A DNA stretch of 63,962 bases, counting the filler, from Welwitschia mirabilis (lineage: Eukaryota): the NCBI GenBank assembly GCA_051453625.1. It is 6 parts of one record of this genome, joined end to end, with 100 filler letters (N's around TTAATTAATTAA, not from the genome) between each part and the next. Parts side by side here need not be neighbours in the genome. Positions count along the whole stretch, not along the records: positions 30,918 to 56,919 come from JBOZIK010000001.1; positions 57,020 to 62,387 come from JBOZIK010000001.1; positions 62,488 to 63,962 come from JBOZIK010000001.1; 3 more parts are not named here. One strand, given 5' to 3'. A model generated the notes under the pieces. The model searched no databases, was not told where the DNA came from, and worked only from the letters and a program-made list of their open reading frames with translations. Made by a program: the position numbers and the translations under genes. Positions 54,501 through 63,962 of this stretch are shown here, one piece after another. Numbering within the stretch: position 1 is the first letter of the stretch; each line of letters opens with the position of its first letter.

Positions 54501-55669
54501 TTTCATCCTTGATCACATTTCACTAGATTTGACATGCCCTATGTCATTTTCACTGATAACAATCCATAGTTTAGGTCATTAGAATTAAGGAATTTCTTAA
54601 GTAAATTCAAGAGAAAACACTCATTTTTGACTCGACATTATTCTCAATAAAACGGATAAGTTAAGGTAACTAATAAGCTCATAATCAATTAACTTAAAAA
54701 GTTATTATAAGTAAATATAAAATCATGNNNNNNNNNNNNNNNNNNNNNNNNNNNNNNNNNNNNNNNNNNNNNNNNNNNNNNNNNNNNNNNNNNNNNNNNN
54801 NNNNNNNNNNNNNNNNNNNNNNNNNNNNNNNNNNNNNNNNNNNNNNNNNNNNNNNNNNNNNNNNNNNNNNNNNNNNNNNNNNNNNNNNNNNNNNNNNNNN
54901 NNNNNNNNNNNNNNNNNNNNNNNNNNNNNNNNNNNNNNNNNNNNNNNNNNNNNNNNNNNNNNNNNNNNNNNNNNNNNNNNNNNNNNNNNNNNNNNNNNNN
55001 NNNNNNNNNNNNNNNNNNNNNNNNNNNNNNNNNNNNNNNNNNNNNNNNNNNNNNNNNNNNNNNNNNNNNNNNNNNNNNNNNNNNNNNNNNNNNNNNNNNN
55101 NNNNNNNNNNNNNNNNNNNNNNNNNNNNNNNNNNNNNNNNNNNNNNNNNNNNNNNNNAAAAGTTATTATAAGTAAATATAAAATCACGACATCAAAAACT
55201 ATGTTTCACATTGTGGGCTTATTGTACTGCAAAAAAAACAACTATGGAAATGACCCCATTTCAACTAGTCTATGGTCTTAAAGTAGTCTTGCCTACCCAG
55301 ATTCAGATTCTCATGCTAACAATACTAGTTAAAGGTTTAGAATTATTTGATATGAAAAAAGAAATGTAGCTTATTCAATTTCAAACTTTAGATGAAAAGC
55401 AGGTAGAAGCTTTATAATAAATGCAGCTCTAACAAAAGCCTATTAGTGATGCATATAATAAGAATGTGAATCTATGGTCTTACAATGTAAGTGATCTAGT
55501 TTTGAAAGTAAATATAATCAAAATGACTTTGATAATCTTGACAAATTAGTTAGGATCATCCATTATCTCATGAAAATTCAATAAGGAAACATACAAACTA
55601 AAGGGTTTAAATGGTGTCAAAGAAAGTAAAATGATAAATTCCCTATATCTTCATCCTTATTATCACTGA
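51560..55669 (+). pseudogene. Tat pol: RT, RNase H, second (archaeal-type) RNase H, integrase (decayed)
   Basis: FAWHSKDIPGI; FMDGYSCYNQI; EIDPDKIKAV; IYYISKTL; aRH motifs FFD..., CTNNITEYRAL and DSQLVIN*V at about 53445-53810; KWGMDLI; LWAY...MTPFQLVYG. Confidence 0.92.
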
Positions 55670-56569
55670 AATAAAATCCAAAACACATGTCATTTTTGTT
55701 TCATGCTATAATTTAATCATTTTAACATTTTTATTAGCTAGTTTGCATAGTTCCCCGTTGTATTTATTTTCTCGATGAAACATTTCATATATATATATAC
55801 ATTAATTTTTGTGTAAGATAACATTGATTTTTTTTACACATCACCCAGATTTCACATTTTAGTTTTTGTGTTTGCGATTTACAGACTATGATCAAATACA
55901 TTTATTAGATTCTAGAACGAATTCACATTACTAACCTTCATGTATAACATGGATGAGGTTGTGTGCTAAGCCCCCATGGTAGGAGTCACTTTATCTCCTA
56001 TCACCCTAATGTTTCTATGATTAACATTTAACTTCATGAAACTCCATCCATGAAATATAATGATGATGACATGTACCACATCAACCCATGCTATGACATA
56101 CCTAATCCTTCCTCTACCATAATTCAAACCCTCACACAAGCCTTCTTATTTTACTTACTCATATATCACCATCATCATACCATAAGACATTAGTGGATAT
56201 ATCCCCCTCATGCTATGCATCTCATCATACCCTTCATCCACTGTCAGTACTATATTTACTCCATTTTACTTGTCTCCATCAGATCATTCCATTAATCATA
56301 TCCATGTCACATTTCCTATGGCTCTTACTTTCATCTTATTTTTCAACCAAAAAAAGTCAAAACAAATAAAAAAGAAAATTAAAAAAAATCATGAACATCT
56401 AAAAACTCGTAAGAGCACATGCTTGCATCTTCTTTAGCATTCAAAACTCTACAATAATCATTTCATGTCATATGCCCACTATGTTGATTACTTAGTTTCA
56501 ACATTTACTTTTATTTTCCATACCTTCATAGCCTAATCTTGTTTACATTACCACTAACCATTACCTTAA

Positions 56570-56860
56570 ATTCATATGCTTTTTTTATTACATAATGTTT
56601 GGATACATCTTTATAATGAGTTAACTTCTAAGTGGCTAAGTCTTTATCTTATTTAGAAGTGTGTTTTAAATAAATTTATCAAGGTTCTTAGTTTGGATGT
56701 TAGAAAAAAATTAAGATCAATGGATAATAGTTGAAACTATATCAATGATTATCAATATGCTCTTGGCATGATAGAAATGATTGAGTAGGAAGATCATCTT
56801 AATTAAGAGATGCATCCTCCCTTCTTTTTTAGCTAAATGACTTCTTAGCAAAGTCTCTTG
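56570..56860 (+). mobile_element. Isolated Athila-like integrase C-terminal fragment
   Basis: ELTSKWL.LYLI...KING**LKLY, similar to 13195-13470. Confidence 0.6.
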
Positions 56861-57019
56861 ATTATATCATTTATTTATTTGATCGTCTATTCGTTTGATC
56901 TTTTGTTAAACCATATTTGNNNNNNNNNNNNNNNNNNNNNNNNNNNNNNNNNNNNNNNNNNNNTTAATTAATTAANNNNNNNNNNNNNNNNNNNNNNNNN
57001 NNNNNNNNNNNNNNNNNNN

Positions 57020-60000
57020 TAGATAAGTTTAAGGATAATATCTAACCAATATAATAGGAGGTTGTAACTCCCATTAATGGCATTCCAACTTGATATTTGG
57101 CCACCCTCTAGAGGTGAGTTGATTCTACTTTAGGTTTTAGACTATACAAACATGATTGGGCTTAACTCCATAGGCTTAGATTTCATCACAATATACCCTT
57201 AATACAGGTAACAGGTAGTACGTGAGATGTATGCATGCTTACAAATGGCCCTTGCTTTCTTAAAGCATCTCAGGATGGTGCAACATAATCCTTTGATACT
57301 AAAGGCTTAAGATATTAAGTCAGAGTAAGTCCATACATTAGTAGGACAAGAGAATGATGATTAACTCCATGTCTAGAAAGATTAATAAATAAAAGTACAA
57401 TGCAATGCACCTTCGTGATAAAATCTAAGTATGGAGATAAAAAATTATTAAAATTATCTTAACTTAGTTGAATGAATATACCATACAAATGCAAGTATAA
57501 AATTATATAGATACTTAGTAGATTGTTTACCTTGTAGAAATAATTCTAATCATCATTGGGTTTATTTTATGAAAATAATCATACAAAGAAAAATAAAATA
57601 TATAAACATCATTTTGATTTTATATAAAAGGAAAATGATACATTTGCAAAGCATAATAGTAAAGATAGATGAAATAAAACATCTCTTTATTTTTATACAT
57701 TATGATAATTCTGTTCAAACTAAGGCACATTAGTATATATAATTTCTATTATAGAAACATGCTCCATTTATGAAACTGGGCCAACTTATAAACCCCCTTT
57801 GTAAGTTCTAAGTGTCTATATCAAAATAGACTTAAGTAAAGTATATGTATATTATCAAAAAGTAACATTGATAAAGCTAAGAGATTAGACTACACATCTC
57901 TAGAATAATTAAGTAGACAAACCTAATGTTTATGCTTGAAATGCAAGAATAAGGGCCTAAATATTAATTAATAGTAATGATAAAAAATAAATTTAAATTA
58001 ACTAGAAACCATATATAATATTTAAAATAATTAGATACTTATATAAAATAATTTTCTATAATTATTAAAATTACTTACAAATTTTGTTATCCTTTAAAAT
58101 TCATTAAAAGTAAAAATAAATAATTATTTATTTAAAAATGTAAAAATAAATTACACTTACTTTTCTTAAATTAGAATCATCATATTATCCTTAAAAATTA
58201 ATTTTATTAAATTTAAATTAGTATGGACACATTTTATAGTCAAATTTTGACTATAAAACTGCCTAAATTTTGGAATTGTAATACCTTAAACTAAAATAGT
58301 CATACTTGTTAATCTACTTGGAGTTCTTAATACTTTTTGAAGAGTTGATTGAATTTTCTACAAGTTGTACTACTTTATTTTTACCCAAGACTACCTATAA
58401 TTTTGAAAGTGAAGACATTTTACTTACTATTTTTTGCCTTTAAGTTGTTTTCATAAAATAAAATTTAAAAATTATTTTACTCTTAGAAAAATTACTTTTT
58501 AAAACTTTTAAATTATAACATGATTTTAAACTTACATAAAATTTTATAAGGATTCATTTAATATTAAATGGGTCATAACTTTTTTAAATTAGGCTTCACC
58601 TTTGGAAAAAAGTAAACTTTAACTACAATAAGGATATGAGAACTCTTACTTATTAAAATTAATAACTTGATAAAAAATTCATAATAAATTCAATATAAAA
58701 ATTATATAATAATACATTATAAATATTATAAACTTAACTTACAATAATGATCAATGCAACAATACCAAGAGCCTTATGATTTTTTAAGAAGAAGTGCCTA
58801 GCATAAATGGATTTTAAGGATCAAAATCATTCACCCTAACAAGGACTCTATTGTTAATTTGATGCAAAAAAAATCTAAAATGAATTTTAAAGATAAGATA
58901 ATGAAAAACAACATGGATACCCAAAATTATAATGAACCCCCTTGTCACTTGGCCAAATTATTCATTGGTAACCCCCTCAATTAAGCATGTAAAGAGATCT
59001 CTCAAATCTCTACCCTATCTTAGTTTTAGTCAATGCGAGAAAAAGTATCCATTGGTAACCCCGTCAATTAAGCATATAAAAAGATCCCTCAAATCTCTCC
59101 TCTATCTTAGTCTTAGCCAATGGGAGGGAAAGTATCCATTAGTAGCCCCATTAATTAAGGATGTAAAAAGATCCCTCAAATATCTTCCTCATCTTAGTAT
59201 CAGCAAATGGAAGTGGTAACATTAAAACTATGTTAATACTATACTCATATACATAGGATTGATGCAAAAATACTAGCATGAAGCTAAAATTCTTATGAAA
59301 GAAGTACCTACTCAGAGAGCAAAGAATTGACAATCTTTGGAGAATATTTGATGAAGTCCTAAGCTTCAAGATCCTAGCTCTAAGATTTAAGCTCCAACTC
59401 CACACTCGAGAGGATGAAATATTGCGAAGAAACTTTGATAGCATAAACTTGCTTGAAAAACATTAGCTTAAGAAGAAAGAAGAGGCCTTATTTATAGATA
59501 AATAATGTACCAAAAATTCTTAATATAATTGGTTAAAGACCACCCACATCATTTTACCCATAAGGTAAAGAAATCCCTTTTACTTAATAAAATTGATCAA
59601 TAAGAAGTTGGATGTAATATTAATATATAAATAATAGTTGATAATATTCATCAGTGAAAAGTTGTGTAAGAAATAAAAGTGATATGTGAATGATAAAAGG
59701 AATTTTATTTATAACTAATGCACCTAATCGATGTGAGTAATTTTCTTGCTTTAATTAGCAAGATTATTCACATGCATCATTTCTTCATGCTAGTTTCTTA
59801 TTAATCCTTCATAAGCTCATAATTAACATAAAATATATTTTAAACAATGTATAAAATAAATTGGAAAAACAAATGCGCCAATTTCAAAACAGCCATGTGA
59901 CATAATAAGAAAAATAAGATTTTATGCATAAAGTACTTTTACAAACATCAAGAAGGATAAAACTCATGATATAATAACTTATACTATTTATCCTTCTTAG

Positions 60001-61300
60001 GTTTATGGATATGGATGCATGTCCTTGTTTACATGTTTAAACTCTTCATGATCCATCACATCAACAACACAAATCACAAGAAAGAATGTCATAATTAAAT
60101 GTAAAAAAATGTCACAATTGAATATAAGAAATTGTCATAGTTGAACATANNNNNNNNNNNNNNNNNNNNNNNNNNNNNNNNNNNNNNNNNNNNNNNNNNN
60201 NNNNNNNNNNNNNNNNNNNNNNNNNNNNNNNNNNNNNNNNNNNNNNNNNNNNNNNNNNNNNNNNNNNNNNNNNNNNNNNNNNNNNNNNNNNNNNNNNNNN
60301 NNNNNNNNNNNNNNNNNNNNNNNNNNNNNNNNNNNNNNNNNNNNNNNNNNNNNNNNNNNNNNNNNNNNNNNNNNNNNNNNNNNNNNNNNNNNNNNNNNNN
60401 NNNNNNNNNNNNNNNNNNNNNNNNNNNNNNNNNNNNNNNNNNNNNNNNNNNNNNNNNNNNNNNNNNNNNNNNNNNNNNNNNNNNNNNNNNNNNNNNNNNN
60501 NNNNNNNNNNNNNNNNNNNNNNNNNNNNNNNNNNNNNNNNNNNNNNNNNNNNNNNNNNNNNNNNNNNNNNNNNNNNNNNNNNNNNNNNNNNNNNNNNNNN
60601 NNNNNNNNNNNNNNNNNNNNNNNNNNNNNNNNNNNNNNNNNNNNNNNNNNNNNNNNNNNNNNNNNNNNNNNNNNNNNNNNNNNNNNNNNNNNNNNNNNNN
60701 NNNNNNNNNNNNNNNNNNNNNNNNNNNNNNNNNNNNNNNNNNNNNNNNNNNNNNNNNNNNNNNNNNNNNNNNNNNNNNNNNNNNNNNNNNNNNNNNNNNN
60801 NNNNNNNNNNNNNNNNNNNNNNNNNNNNNNNNNNNNNNNNNNNNNNNNNNNNNNNNNNNNNNNNNNNNNNNNNNNNNNNNNNNNNNNNNNNNNNNNNNNN
60901 NNNNNNNNNNNNNNNNNNNNNNNNNNNNNNNNNNNNNNNNNNNNNNNNNNNNNNNNNNNNNNNNNNNNNNNNNNNNNNNNNNNNNNNNNNNNNNNNNNNN
61001 NNNNNNNNNNNNNNNNNNNNNNNNNNNNNNNNNNNNNNNNNNNNNNNNNNNNNNNNAGAAATATAGCACATTGTTAATTATAAAGCTACACATTGATTCT
61101 CATACACCTTAAATTAAAGAGAAGGAGGATTTTCATTTGATATCAAAATGTATACTATGCTTACTAATTAAAGATTACAAAATGCGAGGTATAACACATA
61201 TGGAATATGAGATAGCATTTGTTGTAAGAGAGAAAGCAACTAAAAGGTAATTACACCATGAACTTCGATAAGAACTAGGGTTTTGTCTACTAAATAGTCA
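57020..61300. mobile_element. Probable LTR or non-coding part of an unclassified LTR element
   Basis: Non-coding; TATA-like ctataaata on the minus strand at about 59488-59496; palindrome and tandem repeats; no termini or partner found. Confidence 0.3.
58959..59219. repeat. 87-bp tandem repeat, 3 copies
   Basis: Units start at 58959, 59046 and 59133 (tatccattggtaacccc...aagatccctcaaatctct...atcttagt). Confidence 0.92.
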
Positions 61301-61639
61301 TACCTATATGTTATATGTTTATTTACACTAGTATCTAGAATTCAAGATTTATCATGAGGTATATCTTCACTCATACATGAAAAATCATGACTTTAAAACA
61401 TGGCATTAGATTTACAGTATTCAACATCATCTAGAAAGCTAGAGTCATTAGTAATTACATTCACCTCCAGAGTAGCTTTAATGTTATCCCAAGGTATCTA
61501 GTAATAATCATATTATGACCTTGTTTTTTACCTTAAGAACATTAATATGTGTTCTTCTTTAGAGAAGCATTATGCTAATGTGGTTTTTATTTGGCTAAGA
61601 CTAATGGAATTAAGGATGTAGAGCTAATTGTTATTTCTA

Positions 61640-62387
61640 AGAAGCTTGATCCTTATCATGATGTTTGACATTAGGAGGGTATTTTCTTAAAGAATGTTTA
61701 TTAGAAGGAAATCCAGTATGAGGATGTGAAACTTTGAATACAGCTTCAAAGGATGTGGTACCAATCACATTAAATTGTGATTTAGTGGCAAAAAGATCCT
61801 TACTAATTGTACTAAAGTTCATTTGTAGTAGTTGATTACTATCATGTAGCGATAATGTAGCTACATAAAGATGGATCCTTCAAACAACATCCAAGTAAGT
61901 TAAGATAATGTTTGCAAACTTGGTTTTGTAGGTTAATTTTAGTAACGTTCATTTTGATATCAATTATTTGTGCTATTAGTTGTCACATGTTTCCTTTCTT
62001 ATAATGCAAGATATTCATACTTGTTATGAGATTAATAAACTCCAAATCATTCTTTAAGTAGAATGTATCCTACAAGTTGATGTAGTTGGTGTAGCTAGTC
62101 TTGTTATGATCTACTAACCTTTTATGTTGTAAAATCATAAATTTTCTCAGGATTTCTATCAACTTTCTATCAATTAACTTCCAATCATTTTCTTATTTTA
62201 GAGATTAAATAAGAACATGCACTTTCTCAAATAAATAAGTGTCAAAACCATTTATGCACATAGTGGTTATGAAATATTTATGCCAATCTTTCCAACTTTG
62301 ATCATCTTGAAGAGTGACCCCTATGTTGGCCATGATTCCAGTCATCAATACTAGTGTGAAAGAGTTAAATAGTATCTGAAACTTGCC
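61640..62387 (-). mobile_element. Highly decayed Gypsy RNase H/integrase remnant
   Basis: Weak motifs: LEF...I.HYKKG and IGTTSFEAVF (similar to TGxSPFExVY). Confidence 0.3.
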
Positions 62388-62487
62388 NNNNNNNNNNNNN
62401 NNNNNNNNNNNNNNNNNNNNNNNNNNNNNNNTTAATTAATTAANNNNNNNNNNNNNNNNNNNNNNNNNNNNNNNNNNNNNNNNNNNN

Positions 62488-62586
62488 CATTGCTTCCGTG
62501 GTTTTTCCCCACATTGGGGTTTTCCACATAAATCTGGTGTGTTGATATTTGCATTTTGCTTTTTGCTCTGCTGCATTTTTCTAACA
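62488..62586 (+). mobile_element. 3' end of a Copia-type LTR
   Basis: ccgtggtttttccc...gggttttccacataaatctggtgt hairpin motif typical of plant Copia LTR U5; ends ctaaCA. Confidence 0.6.
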
Positions 62587-63639
62587 AGTTCATTGTACAG
62601 CTACATATTTAGGAAAGTTGCTTGCCTACACAATCTTAGTAAAACTCATTCTGTCTTAACTTTGATAATCTGTCTAAAGGAAACAGGAACACGCAAAGGA
62701 AAGTGAATATCAGTGACATAAAATCCCATAATCAGAAAGATCTGTCTCCAACGGGTTACTAAATAGCTAATGCAAATGTGGAACCAAATCTTAAAACAAC
62801 AATTCATGTTAAAGGGCTATCTGAAAAAATACTAGCAAATAATAAAAGCTATTAGAATCAAAGCTATTATGATTATGTGTACATAGTCATGTAGAGCTAC
62901 GACAAGCAGAAAACTTATCCTCACTTTGTATTTTTTTCTTTTTTTCTTTAACAAACCAAAATTGAACAACCGTCCAACAATTGAAACAACTTTACAATCA
63001 GAGGAGCAGTATCCTAATATTAACAAACAATATTCAACATGGAGTAACAAAGGAAAGCAGTCCCTATAATCAAAGCGCACCTAAGCATGGGCTTGAATGT
63101 CTTGGGTATAAATCACGTACGAGATCTTGACAATTGGTAATCATCTCTTAGGCCTACAAGGGCCACCATGGGTTTTCACCTGGCCAAGCAAACCAGACCT
63201 TGGTGAGATCAGTGCAAACTTCTCTATTATTAGTCAAAGTAGTAAAACCCAATGATATAAACCGTCATTGATAGCTTGAATAATTGTCAAAACAAGGCAA
63301 TGGCTGTCACCAGAAAACCATAACCAGAAAGCCTTACATTAGACTATAATGCCTTCCTCTACTCTAAGCCATCCTCATATAGTTCCCATTAAATTTACAA
63401 CCCTAATCTCACATTGACATTACAAAATGAAAAGTTGGGCTTAACATTTCAATACTAAAAATAAAAGTAACACATAAAAGGAAAATTTGGTGTAGCTACG
63501 TAACAATTCTCGCACTTGAAGACAAATATGGCCAACCTTCAAAGAGAAGAAAGATGCACTGTTCTAATACACATTGCTCATGTTACAGATATCCTAAGTT
63601 GTTGTTTGCAAAAGTCATGTTTTTCCATTGCCACCACCA

Positions 63640-63800
63640 CTGTCTTGAAATCATAGTATTCCTTTTTGTATGTAACTTCTGAACATTCACTTGTCCTTCT
63701 ATGACTTCTTTGATAAAATGGAACTTAACACCAATGTGTTCTGTTCCCCCTTGACATGTAGGGGCCCTTTGGCAAAAAGATGGTACTTTCAATGTGACAA
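63640..63800 (-). pseudogene. Copia RNase H C-terminal fragment
   Basis: TEHIGVKFHFIKEVIEGQVNVQKLHTKRN matches the TKHIDVRxHFxR motif. Confidence 0.75.
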
Positions 63801-63962
63801 AGCAATAGGTACTCCTTTTCTCTTAGTCTCAAAGAATGGAGAAACAAAAGGTGTTGAGAACAAATATGTTTCAATGATGAAGTCGACAAAATTATTCAGG
63901 TCAAAGTAATAGCTCAAATCTGAAAGGCAAATCTTGTCAAAGAAAGCTCAAGAAAATCAGTG

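Larger units (their letters stand above)
37784..55669 (+). mobile_element. Tat-clade Ty3/Gypsy element (decayed; left boundary tentative, 3' LTR not seen)
   Basis: PBS at 38279; gag, PR, RT, RH, second RNase H, INT in order. Confidence 0.8.

Noticed and set aside
324..61112. All long ORFs (150-370 aa) in the ORF track
   Set aside because: They consist of X residues spanning N gaps
11783..62443. Recurrent TTAATTAATTAA as a biological motif
   Set aside because: Always centred in N44/N44 blocks; an artificial six-frame-stop scaffolding linker
1..63962. tRNA, rRNA or intact host protein-coding genes; assignment to a taxon
   Set aside because: Only PBS-length tRNA complements seen; no intact gene recognised; composition alone cannot identify the species

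Overview
Gappy, very AT-rich eukaryotic (plant-type) draft-assembly window with no intact host gene. It is a nest of decayed retrotransposons. (1) 1-2600: integrase tail and 3' LTR of an Athila-like Ty3/Gypsy element. (2) 3434-32473: a SIRE-like Ty1/Copia element carrying three insertions: a near-complete Athila-like element (about 6117-19340), an Athila-like solo LTR (to 21335) and a roughly 6 kb L1 LINE with a 9-bp TSD (22998-29009). (3) This 29-kb nest appears to split an older, apparently spliced env-like/coiled-coil gene (2743-3433 plus 32473-34560). (4) About 37800-55670: a Tat-clade Gypsy element with a tRNA-Asn-like PBS, a second RNase H and a non-coding, intron-like gap between protease and RT. 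(5) Inside that gap, a complete two-LTR, pol-less Athila-like element (41333-51350, minus strand). (6) Further LTR, Gypsy and Copia fragments to the end. Reading frames are broken mostly by C>T/G>A changes. The long ORFs in the track are N-gap artefacts. All calls come from manual motif reading, not database searches. I see no convincing new biological system; the best leads are the split spliced accessory gene, the pol-less Athila derivative and the mosaic Tat element.
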